The translations under genes and the position numbers were made by a program. Positions 8,164 to 18,469 of a stretch of 64,000 nucleotides of DNA are shown piece by piece. Source of the DNA: Alphaproteobacteria bacterium (GTDB taxonomy: Bacteria; Pseudomonadota; Alphaproteobacteria; UBA2136; UBA6156). The first letter of the stretch is position 1. Every line of letters starts with the position of its first letter. The stretch is from contig DATAJX010000001.1 in NCBI GenBank assembly GCA_036261915.1, positions 83,875 to 147,874 on the forward strand, read 5' to 3'. The notes beneath the pieces were generated by a model that worked only from the letters and a program-made list of their open reading frames with translations, was not told the origin of the DNA and made no database searches.

Positions 8164-10809
8164 ATGCTCGACACACGGTATGATTTTAAGGCGATTGAAT
8201 CGCGGCTGACCTCGGAATGGGAAAAGGCCGGGTGCTTTGATGCCGTGCTCGATGGCCGCAAGCCGTTTGCCATTATGATGCCGCCGCCCAATGTCACCGG
8301 CACGCTGCATTTGGGGCATGCGCTGGATAATACATTGCCTGATATCCTCATTCGTCGTGCCCGCATGCAGGGGCTTGCTGCGTTGTACCAACCAGGCACC
8401 GACCACGCCAGCATTGCCGTGCACGTGGTGCTGGAACGCCAATGGGCCAAGGAAGGCAAAAACCGTTTTGATTACGGCCGTGAGAAGTTCCTTGAAAAGG
8501 CGTGGGAGTGGAAAGACTACTCTGCCGGTATCATCACCACCCAGTTGCGCCGCCTGGGTATCAGCTGCGACTGGAAGCACGAACGTTTTACCATGGACCC
8601 TGCCTATGCGGCAGCCGTGAACGAGGCCTTTGTGACCCTGCACCAGAAAGGCCTGATTTACCGTGGCCAGCGTTTGGTGAACTGGGACCCCAAGATGCAA
8701 ACCGCGGTGAGCGACCTTGAAGTAAAGCACAAGGAAGTGAACGGCCACCTGTGGCATGTGCGTTATAAATTTGCCGATGGCTTCAAGTATAAGGGCGAAG
8801 ACGGCATTGAAATTGCCACCACCCGGCCCGAAACCATTTTGGCCGATGCCGCCATTGCCATTAACCCGAAGGACAAGCGCGCCAAGGATTTGGTGGGCAA
8901 AATGGTGGTTGTGCCGGTGTGCAATCGCCAAATCCCCATCATTGCCGATGAGATGGCCGACCCTGAATTTGGCAGCGGCATGGTGAAGGTGACCCCCGCG
9001 CACGATTTTAACGACTTTGCGTTTTACCAGCGCCACAAGGACGAAGCCGATATTCCTCTAATAAACTTGCTGACGCCGGACGCGCACCTGAACGAAAACG
9101 CGCCCGCCGGATATGTGGGGTTGGAGCGGTTTGCCGCGCGCAAAAAAATGGTGGCCGAACTGGAAGAACTTGGCCAGCTGATTAAGGCCGAACCGCACGT
9201 TCATAACGTGGGCCATGCCGAGCGCGATGATATTATCCTTGAGCCTTACCTGACCTGGCAGTGGTACGTAAAAACCGGCCCGCTGGCTGAAAAGTGCCTG
9301 AAGGCTGCCGATAATGGCGATATTGAATTCATTAACGACCGTGACGAAAAAATTTACCGCCACTGGCTGGAGAACATTCAGGACTGGTGTATCTCTCGCC
9401 AATTGTGGTGGGGCCACCGCATACCCGCATGGTATCGCGGTAACGAGGTTTATGTGGGCACCGCCGCCCCGCAAGGCGAGGGCTGGAAGCAGGACGAAGA
9501 TATTCTCGATACCTGGTTCAGCAGCGGCCTGTGGCCCTTTGCCACGCAAGGCTGGCCGCAGGGCGGCGAACGCCTGCAGACCTTTTACCCCAACAGTGCC
9601 ATTACGCCTGGGCGCGATATTCTGTTTTTCTGGGTCATCCGCATGATGATGATGGGGCTGGAACTCACCGGCAAAGCGCCATTCAAAACCATTTACACCC
9701 ACGGGCTTATCAACGATGAGCACGGCCAGAAAATGAGCAAGAGCAAAGGCAATGTGCTAGACCCCATTGGGCTGATGGATGAATTTGGCACCGACGCCCT
9801 GCGCCTGACCATGGCCACCATTGCCAGCAGCGAAGACATGCGTTTTTCGACCGGCAAGGTTGAGCAGAGCCGTAATTTTTGCACCAAACTGTGGAACGCT
9901 GCGCGTTACCTGGCGCTGCAAGATGTGCGTTGGCTGCCCGAGGACGAAGCCAAGTTCGATGTGCAGACCATCAAACACCCCATCAACCGTTGGCTGGTTG
10001 GCCGGTTGGCCGAGATGGCTACGTCGGTCGATAAACACCTCGATGCCTACGCCTTCAACCAGGCCGCGCAGGAAGTGTACCACTTCACCTGGGGCACGTG
10101 GTGCGACTGGTATCTGGAGCTGACCAAACCGCTGCTGCGCGATACCGATGCCGCCGTGGTGGCCGAAACCAAAAATGTGCTGGGTTGGGCATTCGAGAAA
10201 ATTCTGCGCATCCTGCATCCGTTCACGCCGTTTATCACCGAAGAACTCTGGCAGGGCCACACCGTTGCCGAAAAGAACAATTACCTGATGCTGCAACGCT
10301 GGCCTGTTGCGGCCAACTGGCCTGTCGACAAGGCTGCGCGCGTCACCATCGACAGGCTGGTGGCGTTAACCGGCGCGGTGCGTCAGGCCCGCATGATGCA
10401 CAAACTGTCGTTTAAAATTCCGCTCAATATTTTCCGCAAGGGCGAGGGGGCTTTACCCGCCGAATGGCAGGAAATTTCGGCCTACCTGAAGCCATTAGCG
10501 GGCGTGGGCGAGTTCGCCCAGCGCAATAACCCGCCTGCCGCAGGCGAAGCCACGCTGGTGGTCGAGGGCGACGAATTTATTCTGCCGCTGACCGGCCTGA
10601 TCGATCTGGCCGCCGAGCGCGAGCGCTTGCAGAAAGAACTGAACAACCAGCAGGCTGAACTTTCGAAGATCGACAACCTGCTGGGTAACGCAGGCTTTGT
10701 GGCTAAGGCCCCGCCCGCCGTGCTCGAGCAGAACCGCGACCGCCAGAACGTACTGCGCGACAGCACAAACAAAATCGAAGCGCTGCTGAAAGGCCCTTAC
10801 GCGGTTTAA
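8164..10809 (+). CDS. valS: Valine--tRNA ligase
   Basis: HIGH-class motif PNVTGTLHLGHAL, KMSKS motif KMSKSKGN, 881 aa, C-terminal coiled coil. Confidence 0.95.
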   Translation: MLDTRYDFKAIESRLTSEWEKAGCFDAVLDGRKPFAIMMPPPNVTGTLHLGHALDNTLPDILIRRARMQGLAALYQPGTDHASIAVHVVLERQWAKEGKNRFDYGREKFLEKAWEWKDYSAGIITTQLRRLGISCDWKHERFTMDPAYAAAVNEAFVTLHQKGLIYRGQRLVNWDPKMQTAVSDLEVKHKEVNGHLWHVRYKFADGFKYKGEDGIEIATTRPETILADAAIAINPKDKRAKDLVGKMVVVPVCNRQIPIIADEMADPEFGSGMVKVTPAHDFNDFAFYQRHKDEADIPLINLLTPDAHLNENAPAGYVGLERFAARKKMVAELEELGQLIKAEPHVHNVGHAERDDIILEPYLTWQWYVKTGPLAEKCLKAADNGDIEFINDRDEKIYRHWLENIQDWCISRQLWWGHRIPAWYRGNEVYVGTAAPQGEGWKQDEDILDTWFSSGLWPFATQGWPQGGERLQTFYPNSAITPGRDILFFWVIRMMMMGLELTGKAPFKTIYTHGLINDEHGQKMSKSKGNVLDPIGLMDEFGTDALRLTMATIASSEDMRFSTGKVEQSRNFCTKLWNAARYLALQDVRWLPEDEAKFDVQTIKHPINRWLVGRLAEMATSVDKHLDAYAFNQAAQEVYHFTWGTWCDWYLELTKPLLRDTDAAVVAETKNVLGWAFEKILRILHPFTPFITEELWQGHTVAEKNNYLMLQRWPVAANWPVDKAARVTIDRLVALTGAVRQARMMHKLSFKIPLNIFRKGEGALPAEWQEISAYLKPLAGVGEFAQRNNPPAAGEATLVVEGDEFILPLTGLIDLAAERERLQKELNNQQAELSKIDNLLGNAGFVAKAPPAVLEQNRDRQNVLRDSTNKIEALLKGPYAV

Positions 10810-10810
10810 C

Positions 10811-12535
10811 ATGGGTAATTCGCTGTACCAGAATTTACGCGCGGGGCTTATGGCCGCGCTGGAAAGCCTGAAGGCTTCAGGCGCATTACCCTCCGATATC
10901 AGCTTTGCCAACGTGGTGCTCGAAACCCCGCGTGACGCCACGCACGGTGACTTTGCCACCAACGCCGCCATGGTGCTGGCCAAGGCCGCAGCGCAATCGC
11001 CGCAGGCCATTGCGCAAAATATTCTCCCGCATCTGCAAAAGCTCCCCCAGGTTAAAACCGCCGAAGTCGCGGGCCCCGGCTTCATCAATATTTTTGTGCA
11101 TGATGCCGATCTGTTCGCTCAGGCACAGTCCATCCCCCAGCTTAAAAATGCTTACGGCAAGCTCGATTTATCGGGCGGCCAAAAGGCGCTGGTCGAATAT
11201 GTTTCCATCAATCCCACCGGCCCCATTCACGTCGGCCACGGCCGCAATGCGGTGTTTGGCGACGCCATTGCCAACCTGCTGGAAAAAGCCGGATATCCAG
11301 TATACCGCGAATATCTGATGAACGACGCCGGCGGGCAGATCCGCGTGCTGGTGCGCTCGCTGCACGCGCGGTATTTGCAACTGTTCGGCCAGCAGGTCGA
11401 AGTTCCCGCCGACGGCTATCCCGGCGAATACGTCATCGACATCGCCCAAAAGCTGAAAGATCTCGACGGCGACAAGTGGCTGAAGGTCACCGACGACGAA
11501 GAACTGTTCCAGGGCCTGCGTAAATTCGCGGTCGATGCCTGCATGGACATGATCAAGCCCGACATCAAAACCATGGGCATTACGTTCGACAATTACTTCT
11601 CCGAATGGGACATGCACCAAACCAGCCGCATGCCCGAAGCCGTGAAGCTGCTGCGCGATAAGGGCTACGTGTTCGAAGGCACGCTGCCGCCGCCCAAGGG
11701 CAAAGAGGTGAAGGATTACCGGCCGGTCGAGCTTACGTTGTTCAAGGCCACCGCATTCGGTCTCGAAGAAGACCAGCCCATTTATAAACGTAATGGTGAA
11801 CCGACATACTTCGGTCAGGATATCGCCTACCACTACGACAAGCTCCAGCGGGGCTACCAGCTGCTCGTTACTGTCATTGGCGCGGCGCAGGCCGGCTCAT
11901 TCCGCCCGCTCGAAAAGGCCATCGAAGCTCTGACCGGCGAAAAGGGCCACTACCACCCTGTGCCGTACGAACTGGTCAAGGTGCTGCGCGATGGCCAGCC
12001 GGTCAAACTTTCCAAGCGCGCCGGCAACATTGTGTTGCTCAGCGATGTGCTGGCCGAAACCGGCGCCGACGCCTTCCGCTTCACCATGCTTACGGTCAAG
12101 CCCACCACGCTGCTCACGTTCGATCTCGCCAAGGCCGTGGCCAAAAACATGGAAAACCCGGTGTTCTACGTGCAGTACGCACACGCGCGCCTGTGCTCGG
12201 TGTTCCGCCAGCAAGCCGAACTCGGCCTTACCGACCTGCCCGGCCTTACCCCGCAAACTGTTACGCTTACCCCGGCCTCCCGCGCTGTGCTGCAAATGCT
12301 GGTGCAATACCCCCTCGTTATCGAACTCGCCGCCAAAGCGCTCGAACCGCACCGCCTGGCCACCTATGCGCACCAACTGGCAGGGGCCATCCACCACTGG
12401 TACGCGGCCGAAAAATGGCTGAACCCCGAAGATAAAGCCGCCACCGCCAGCGCCCTGGCCGTGGCGCAGGCCGCGCAAACGGTTATTGCCGATGCGCTGG
12501 CGCTGTGTGGTGTTTCTGCACCACAGAGTATGTGA
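10811..12535 (+). CDS. argS: Arginine--tRNA ligase
   Basis: 574 aa class I aaRS with PTGPIHVGHGRNA HIGH-type motif; typical ArgRS length and C-terminal DALR-like region. Confidence 0.9.
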   Translation: MGNSLYQNLRAGLMAALESLKASGALPSDISFANVVLETPRDATHGDFATNAAMVLAKAAAQSPQAIAQNILPHLQKLPQVKTAEVAGPGFINIFVHDADLFAQAQSIPQLKNAYGKLDLSGGQKALVEYVSINPTGPIHVGHGRNAVFGDAIANLLEKAGYPVYREYLMNDAGGQIRVLVRSLHARYLQLFGQQVEVPADGYPGEYVIDIAQKLKDLDGDKWLKVTDDEELFQGLRKFAVDACMDMIKPDIKTMGITFDNYFSEWDMHQTSRMPEAVKLLRDKGYVFEGTLPPPKGKEVKDYRPVELTLFKATAFGLEEDQPIYKRNGEPTYFGQDIAYHYDKLQRGYQLLVTVIGAAQAGSFRPLEKAIEALTGEKGHYHPVPYELVKVLRDGQPVKLSKRAGNIVLLSDVLAETGADAFRFTMLTVKPTTLLTFDLAKAVAKNMENPVFYVQYAHARLCSVFRQQAELGLTDLPGLTPQTVTLTPASRAVLQMLVQYPLVIELAAKALEPHRLATYAHQLAGAIHHWYAAEKWLNPEDKAATASALAVAQAAQTVIADALALCGVSAPQSM

Positions 12536-12656
12536 TTTTGTAAATCATCGCAGATTTCCTGCATTTCCCTATTTGTGTTTGCCTGTTTATGCATCACATT
12601 GCCCGACATGGTCTGGTCAATTCCAGCCGTTTAATTGTGGAGAGAGAAGTAAAAGT

Positions 12657-13403
12657 ATGGGTGATTTGATGATGCGCTGGCTCAAGCTTAGCCTTGTGGC
12701 GCTGGTGGCCTGCGGTTTTATCGGCATGGTCGTGTATGCATTGTGGATGCGCGACGAGATCCGCTCCGCCCAGGTCGAACCCGCCCTTATTTCCCCGCCC
12801 GATACCGCCATCAAGCGTCGCCCCGACGAACCCGGCGGCATGGCCATCCCCAACCGCGATAAACTGGTGTTCGACCTGCTCGACGAAGCCTCCACCGGCG
12901 TTTCCGCACCCGCCCCGGCACCTGTCGCCGGTTCGGTGGCGGAGCTTCCTCTGGCTGGTGCCGCTACCCCCACCATGGTGGTTACTGTCACCACCGCCGC
13001 TACAGCTTCGCCCAGCGCCATTCCCGCCATTGCGCCCGCCGCCATGCCCATGCCTGCGGCCGCCCCGGTCGAAAATGCCAAGGTCGCGGCACCCACCCAA
13101 CCTGTTGCGGTGGCCGAAACCAAACCTGAACCCAAGCCCGAGCCGAAGGCCGAACCCAAAGCCAAGTCCGGCGGTTGGGGCGTACAACTGGCCGCCGTGG
13201 GCAGTCAGGCCGATGCCGCTAAAATGGCTGCATCGCTGCAAAGCAAAAATGCACCGCTCAAGGGCCTTACCATTGTCACGCCCGATGCCGGCAACGGCCG
13301 TTGGCGCGTGCAGTTCTTCGGCATTGCCAACAAGGCCGCCGCCGCCAAGGTGTGCAGCGAATTGGGCAGCAAGCAACCTTGCTTCCCTGTCGCTAATAAG
13401 TAA
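12657..13403 (+). CDS. SPOR domain-containing membrane protein
   Basis: N-terminal TM, Pro/Ala-rich linker, C-terminal SPOR domain (GGWGVQLAAVGSQADAAKMAASL...WRVQFFGIANKAAAAKVC); start set at ATG 12657 with GGAGAGAGAAG upstream. Confidence 0.7.
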   Translation: MGDLMMRWLKLSLVALVACGFIGMVVYALWMRDEIRSAQVEPALISPPDTAIKRRPDEPGGMAIPNRDKLVFDLLDEASTGVSAPAPAPVAGSVAELPLAGAATPTMVVTVTTAATASPSAIPAIAPAAMPMPAAAPVENAKVAAPTQPVAVAETKPEPKPEPKAEPKAKSGGWGVQLAAVGSQADAAKMAASLQSKNAPLKGLTIVTPDAGNGRWRVQFFGIANKAAAAKVCSELGSKQPCFPVANK

Positions 13404-13419
13404 CCTTTGCCCGCCTAAC

Positions 13420-13448
13420 AACCAGCCCCGTTTGGGGCTGGTTCCATA
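13420..13448 (+). terminator. Rho-independent terminator after SPOR gene
   Basis: CCAGCCCC-gttt-GGGGCTGG hairpin followed by a T-rich run. Confidence 0.6.
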
Positions 13449-13468
13449 TATAGTGTAGTATCGGCGGT

Positions 13469-14557
13469 ATGACCTTCAGCATCCGCACTCCGCAAATCTC
13501 CCCCGTGCTTCTCGGCCTGTCCGGCCCAGCGCTTACCGCGCCCGAAATCGCCCTCATCAAAAAAATAAATCCCATGGGCTTTTTGCTGTTTGCGCGGAAT
13601 ATCGAAACCCCCGAACAAACCCAAAAGCTCTGCGCTCAACTGGCCGAACTCTCACCGCTTACGCCGCCGCTCATCGCGGTCGACCAGGAAGGCGGCCGCG
13701 TCCAGCGCGTGCATTTTGAAGGCCGTTTGCCCCCCGCCAAAGCCTTCGGCGACTGGTACGAAACAAACCCCGAAACCGCGCGCGAAGCCTGCCGCCTCAA
13801 CCATATTCTGCTGGCCGCCGAACTCACCGCCGTCGGTGCCCACTGGGCGCTCACCCCGGTGCTCGACGTCGCTCACGCCGCCACCCACGCCATCATCGGC
13901 GACAGGGCATTTTCCTCCAACCCCGCCACGGTGGCAGCACTGGCGCAGGCCGCGCTGCAGGGCTTAAGGGAAGGGGGCTGCTTCGCCTGCCTCAAACACG
14001 CCCCCGGCCACGGCCGTGCCGCCGCCGACAGCCACGTCGAGCTGCCAACCGTCAACGCTTCGCAAGCCGACATCGAAGCCGACGCCCAACCCTTCAAGCA
14101 GCTCGCCCCGCACGCCCCATTCATCATGACAGCCCATATCCGCTACCCCGCGCTCGACCCTGCCAATTGTGCCACCAATTCAAAAACCATCCTGTCACAT
14201 ATGCGAAAAAATTGGCAGTTCGACGGCCTCATTCTGGCCGACGACCTCGGCATGCAAGCCCTGCAAGGCAGCTATGCGCAGAGGGCGCAAAACGCGCTGG
14301 CCGCGGGGTGCGATGTGGTCATCTGCAGCTTCAGCCAGCTCAAGGCGGGCATGGCGGGCACGGTCTATAACCGGGCCGATGCCGATGCATTGGCCGCCGC
14401 AAACCTGCCGCCGCTCAACCCGCGCGCGCTGCAATTCCTGCAAAACCTGCCGGTGCCCACCCCCGCCGGCCCGCAAACAATTGCCGAAGCCCGCGCCAAA
14501 CTTAAAGCCCTATGGGCTGACGGCGCCGGGCGTTTGGGCTATACACTGGCGCTGTGA
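13469..14557 (+). CDS. nagZ: Beta-N-acetylhexosaminidase (GH3)
   Basis: GH3 NagZ motifs incl. KHAPGHGRAAADSH, 362 aa. Confidence 0.85.
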   Translation: MTFSIRTPQISPVLLGLSGPALTAPEIALIKKINPMGFLLFARNIETPEQTQKLCAQLAELSPLTPPLIAVDQEGGRVQRVHFEGRLPPAKAFGDWYETNPETAREACRLNHILLAAELTAVGAHWALTPVLDVAHAATHAIIGDRAFSSNPATVAALAQAALQGLREGGCFACLKHAPGHGRAAADSHVELPTVNASQADIEADAQPFKQLAPHAPFIMTAHIRYPALDPANCATNSKTILSHMRKNWQFDGLILADDLGMQALQGSYAQRAQNALAAGCDVVICSFSQLKAGMAGTVYNRADADALAAANLPPLNPRALQFLQNLPVPTPAGPQTIAEARAKLKALWADGAGRLGYTLAL

Positions 14558-15396
14558 AAATTCTCTTTACCACGCTGTTCCTGCCCACCGGCCTCGTGCT
14601 CATCGGTATCGCCGCGGCGTTGTGGGCACTGTGGCGCAAGCCCAAACAGCGCTCGCTGGCCATCGCCATTCTGGGCACCACGCTGGCAGGCGGCTACCTG
14701 CTGGCCACGCCGCTGGTCGGGCGCGCGCTCGGCCTGGCGCTGTTCAACAGCGTGCAGGCGCGCGAGCTCGCCAGCCTGTCCGAAGCCGACGCCATCGTCG
14801 TCCTCACCGGCGGCATTTACGATTCCGGTCCCATGGGCTGGCTGCCGCGGGCCGAAAGCATCCAGCGCCTGGCGGTGGCTTACGAAGCCCAGCGCCGCAT
14901 CAACCTGCGCCTGCCGGTCATCGTGTCCGGCGGCCACACCGAAGGCGTACAAAACCCGTCCGAAGCCCGCGTTGCCGCCGATTTCTTCGCCCGCAACCGC
15001 TCCGAGATCACCCCCACCGAACTTGAAGAAGCCAGCACCGATACCTACGAAGCCGCGCTGCAACTGGCCCCGGTGCTCAGCCACCGCGGCGCCCGCAACG
15101 TGCTGCTGGTCACGTCCGATACCCACATGCTCCGCGCGCTCGCCGTGTTCCGTAACCACGGGATCGACGCCGTGCCGCTCCCGGCCATGAGCCTGCCGCA
15201 CAACATGGGCATCCGCGCGTTCCTGCCGTCGGTCTACGGCGTCATGCTGTCCAGTTCTGCGCTGTACGAAATGTACGGCCTCGCCGCCTCGCTGCTCAGC
15301 GGCAAAATAGGCCTGCGCGATCTCACCTATTCCACCCACCCCACCCCTCCGGCAAAACCCGCCGCAGTCCCCACCCAAATCATAGAAAGCGAATAG
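14554..15396 (+). CDS. YdcF/DUF218 family membrane protein (SanA/ElyC-like)
   Basis: N-terminal TM then DUF218-like region (AIVVLTGG...VSGGH...LLVTSDTHMLRA); GTG start overlapping the nagZ stop. Confidence 0.65.
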   Translation: MKILFTTLFLPTGLVLIGIAAALWALWRKPKQRSLAIAILGTTLAGGYLLATPLVGRALGLALFNSVQARELASLSEADAIVVLTGGIYDSGPMGWLPRAESIQRLAVAYEAQRRINLRLPVIVSGGHTEGVQNPSEARVAADFFARNRSEITPTELEEASTDTYEAALQLAPVLSHRGARNVLLVTSDTHMLRALAVFRNHGIDAVPLPAMSLPHNMGIRAFLPSVYGVMLSSSALYEMYGLAASLLSGKIGLRDLTYSTHPTPPAKPAAVPTQIIESE

Positions 15397-15398
15397 CC

Positions 15399-15596
15399 AT
15401 GTTCGGTCTCAGCCTCGGTCATATCATCATCATCCTTGTCATCGTCCTCATCTTTTTCGGCGTCGGCAAACTGCCCAACGTGATGGGCGACCTCGGCAAG
15501 GGCGTAAAGGCCTTCAAAGAAGGCATGGGCGAAGGCCCGGCCAAACCCGTCCGCAAACCGGCCCGCAAAAAGGCCAAAGCCAAAAAGCGTAAGTAG
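15399..15596 (+). CDS. tatA: Sec-independent protein translocase TatA
   Basis: MFGLSLGHIIIILVIVLIFFGVGKLP...KAFKEGM typical TatA/E; Lys-rich tail. Confidence 0.9.
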   Translation: MFGLSLGHIIIILVIVLIFFGVGKLPNVMGDLGKGVKAFKEGMGEGPAKPVRKPARKKAKAKKRK

Positions 15597-15758
15597 GTGA
15601 TTCCGGGCCTCAGCCTTGGCGAGATCATCGTCCTGCTGCTGGTCGGCATCATTTTCCTGAAGCCCGAAGACCTGCCGCGCGTCGCCAAACAGGCGGGCAT
15701 CTGGCTGGTCACCATCCGGCGGTACGTCCACGGCATGATGGCCGGGCTGGGCGAATAA
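15597..15758 (+). CDS. tatB: TatB-like (second TatA/B family member, unusually short, 53 aa)
   Basis: GTG start right after tatA stop; VIPGLSLGEIIVLLLVGIIFLKPEDLPRVAKQAG matches TatA/B N-terminal TM+hinge; positioned between tatA and tatC. Confidence 0.55.
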   Translation: MIPGLSLGEIIVLLLVGIIFLKPEDLPRVAKQAGIWLVTIRRYVHGMMAGLGE

Positions 15759-15759
15759 C

Positions 15760-16464
15760 ATGGCACTCCGCACCGGCTCCGCCCTGGTTCCGCACGTGGC
15801 CGAACTCCGCCGCCGCCTGCTGCGTAGCCTTGGCCTGCTCCTGGCCGGCACCATCACGCTGTTCCAAACGCAAACCCATTGGCTGCCGTTCTTCACCGCG
15901 CCGCTCACCAGCATCCCCAACGCGCACCTGCAATTCACCACCGTCACCGGGCCGTTCGTCAGCCTGTTGCACCTGTCGTTCCTGCTCTCGCTGGTGTTCC
16001 TCATGCCGTGGTTCGTGTACGAGGTCTGGGCCTTCGTCGCCCCCGGCCTGCGCCGGTCCGAGCGCCGCAAAAGCAGCCTCACGCTGCTCGCCATCCCCAC
16101 GCTGTTTTACGTGGGCCTCGCCACCGCGTTCTTCACCGTGCTGCCCGCCGCGCTGCATTTTTTGCTGGTCTCGCCGCTGCCCGGCCTGGTCATCGCGCCA
16201 ACGCTCGAAAGCTACATCACCTTCACCGGCATGCTGTGCCTGGCCTTCGGCATCACCTTCAACCTGCCCGCGCTGCTGTTCGCGCTCATCCGCACCGGCG
16301 TGGTCAAACCGGCCGCCGTGCGGCAATCCCGCCGCTTCGTCGTGGTCGGCATTTTTGCGCTGGCCGCCGTCATCACGCCGCCCGATCCCCTCAGCATGCT
16401 GCTGCTGGCCATCCCCCTCTGGCTGATGTTCGAAGCCACGCTCCTGCTTGCCAAACCGCGCTAA
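15760..16464 (+). CDS. tatC: Sec-independent protein translocase TatC
   Basis: 234 aa polytopic membrane protein, TatC-like, follows tatA/tatB. Confidence 0.85.
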   Translation: MALRTGSALVPHVAELRRRLLRSLGLLLAGTITLFQTQTHWLPFFTAPLTSIPNAHLQFTTVTGPFVSLLHLSFLLSLVFLMPWFVYEVWAFVAPGLRRSERRKSSLTLLAIPTLFYVGLATAFFTVLPAALHFLLVSPLPGLVIAPTLESYITFTGMLCLAFGITFNLPALLFALIRTGVVKPAAVRQSRRFVVVGIFALAAVITPPDPLSMLLLAIPLWLMFEATLLLAKPR

Positions 16465-16483
16465 AAAAGCCATTCTCCGCGCC

Positions 16484-17749
16484 ATGATCGATCCCACGCT
16501 CCTCCGCACGCCCGAAGGCGTCCAAGCCGTCAAAACCGCCATCCAAAACCGGGGCGGCAATCCTTCCATCGTCGATAAAGCCGTCGAAGCCGACGCCGAA
16601 CGCCGTAAGGCCATGGGCAACGCGCAAAACCTGCAGGCCCAGCGCAACGCGCTGTCCAAGCAGATCGGCGAAGCCAAGCGGGCAGGGGAAAGCGCCGCCG
16701 ACCTCATGAAGCAGGTCGAAGCCGTCAACGCGCAGATCGACGCCCTGAACGACGACTCCGGCAATCCGCTGCTGGCCGAGATCCCCAACATCCCGCAAGC
16801 CGACGTGCCGGTAGGTAAGGACGAGAGCGACAACCTCGAGATCCGCAAATGGGGTACGCCCAAGCAATTCGATTTCACACCCAAGGCCCACGACGACGTG
16901 GCCGAAGGCCTCGGCATGCTTGATCTCCCCACCGCCAGCAAAATCTCCGGCGCGCGCTTCGCGTGGCTGCAAGGCCCGCTGGCCCGGCTCGACCGCGCCA
17001 TGTACCAATACACGCTCGATTACCTGAGCACCGAAAAAGGCTTCACCGAAGCCGTGGTGCCCTACCTCGTGCACGCGCCCGCGCTGGTCGGCACCGGCCA
17101 GCTGCCCAAGTTCGAAGAAGACCTCTTCAAAACCACCGACGGCCGCTTCCTCATCCCCACCGCCGAGGTGCCGCTCACCAACTACGCGGCCGACACCATC
17201 TTCAAAGAGTCCGACCTCCCCATCAAGTTCACCGCGCACACGCCCTGCTTCCGCTCCGAAGCCGGCAGCGCGGGGAAAGACACCAAAGGCATCCTGCGCC
17301 AGCACCAGTTCGACAAGGTCGAAATGGTCATCCTCGCCACGCCCGAACAGTCGGCCAAGCTGCACGAAGAAATGACCGCCGCGACAGAAGAGCTTTTGCG
17401 CCGCCTCGAACTGCCCTACCGCACCATCATGCTCTGCACCGGAGACATGGGCTTCGGCAGCACCAAAACCTACGATATCGAAGTCTGGGTGCCCTCGCAA
17501 AACACCTACCGCGAACTCTCGTCCTGCTCCAACTGCGGCGATTTCCAGGCCCGCCGCATGAAGGCGCGCTACAAAAAAGAAGGCGCGAAGGAAACCACCT
17601 TCATCCACACGCTCAACGGCAGCGGGCTTACCCGCCGCGCGCTGGTCGCCATCCTTGAAAACTTCCAGAACGCCGACGGCTCGGTCACCATCCCGCCGGT
17701 GCTGCGTCCGCACATGGGTGGTTTGGCCAAACTCGAAAAAGCCAAATAA
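16484..17749 (+). CDS. serS: Serine--tRNA ligase
   Basis: N-terminal coiled-coil arm (MIDPTLLRTPEGVQ...), class II core motifs, ~421 aa; start moved to ATG 16484. Confidence 0.9.
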   Translation: MIDPTLLRTPEGVQAVKTAIQNRGGNPSIVDKAVEADAERRKAMGNAQNLQAQRNALSKQIGEAKRAGESAADLMKQVEAVNAQIDALNDDSGNPLLAEIPNIPQADVPVGKDESDNLEIRKWGTPKQFDFTPKAHDDVAEGLGMLDLPTASKISGARFAWLQGPLARLDRAMYQYTLDYLSTEKGFTEAVVPYLVHAPALVGTGQLPKFEEDLFKTTDGRFLIPTAEVPLTNYAADTIFKESDLPIKFTAHTPCFRSEAGSAGKDTKGILRQHQFDKVEMVILATPEQSAKLHEEMTAATEELLRRLELPYRTIMLCTGDMGFGSTKTYDIEVWVPSQNTYRELSSCSNCGDFQARRMKARYKKEGAKETTFIHTLNGSGLTRRALVAILENFQNADGSVTIPPVLRPHMGGLAKLEKAK

Positions 17750-18412
17750 GTGCATCTCAAGAACATCCAGCCTAACGCCACCCGCATGCGCCGCATGCTC
17801 GAAAGCATCCGCGCCAAGGGCATCACCGATCCCAAGGTGCTCGAAGCCATGTCCCGCGTCCCGCGCGAGTTGTTCCTGCCGCACGCGCTGGGCGCCGAGG
17901 CCTACGACGATAACGCCCTGCCCATCGGCGAAAAGCAAACCATCTCGCAACCCACCGTGGTGGCCGAAATGACCGCGGGCCTGCAACTCACGGGGGCCGA
18001 AAAAGTGCTCGAGATCGGCACCGGCTGCGGCTACCAAACCGCCATCCTGTGCCGCCTGTCCAAACGGGTCTTTACCATCGAGCGCCACCCGCGCCTGTCC
18101 ACTTCGGCGGTCGAACGCCTGCACGCCATGGGCTACACCAACTTCGCGGCATTGGTGGGCGACGGCACCATGGGCTGGCCGCAACAGGCACCGTTCGATG
18201 CCATCATCGTCACCGCCGCGGGCCCGTCCATCCCGCCCGCGCTCATCAGCCAACTCAAGCCCGGCGGCAAACTGGTCATTCCGGTGGGCGAGGCTTCCAC
18301 CCAAAAACTCGTCCGGCTCACCAAGGCCGAATCCGGCCAAACATTCGAGCAGGTGCTCGGCCGCGTCAGCTTCGTGCCGCTCATCGGCCAGCAGGGCGTT
18401 AAGGCGTCTTGA
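17750..18412 (+). CDS. pcm: Protein-L-isoaspartate O-methyltransferase
   Basis: LEIGTGCGYQTAIL SAM-binding motif and PCMT-like overall; alternative ATG start at 17786. Confidence 0.85.
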   Translation: MHLKNIQPNATRMRRMLESIRAKGITDPKVLEAMSRVPRELFLPHALGAEAYDDNALPIGEKQTISQPTVVAEMTAGLQLTGAEKVLEIGTGCGYQTAILCRLSKRVFTIERHPRLSTSAVERLHAMGYTNFAALVGDGTMGWPQQAPFDAIIVTAAGPSIPPALISQLKPGGKLVIPVGEASTQKLVRLTKAESGQTFEQVLGRVSFVPLIGQQGVKAS

Positions 18413-18429
18413 GATAATCCCGCATAATA

Positions 18430-18461
18430 AAAAACCCCAGCTGGTGCTGGGGTCAATTTTT
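18430..18461. terminator. Bidirectional rho-independent terminator between convergent pcm and TPR gene
   Basis: CCCCAGC-tggt-GCTGGGG hairpin flanked by A-tract and T-tract. Confidence 0.65.
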
Positions 18462-18469
18462 GTGAAATA

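Noticed and set aside
7494-8459. Long antisense ORFs opposite valS, popZ, serS/pcm, ftsH, dnaE, cpoB, glmM, pyrG, dacC/rlpA and others (e.g. 7494..8459 -, 16391..18340 -, 22433..24409 -, 35520..37436 -, 38765..40535 +, 50505..52664 -, 19281..20669 -, 25006..26196 -)
   Set aside because: Typical stop-codon-poor antisense frames of high-GC DNA. They overlap well-supported conserved genes and have Arg/Ala/Gly/Pro-dominated, low-complexity translations.
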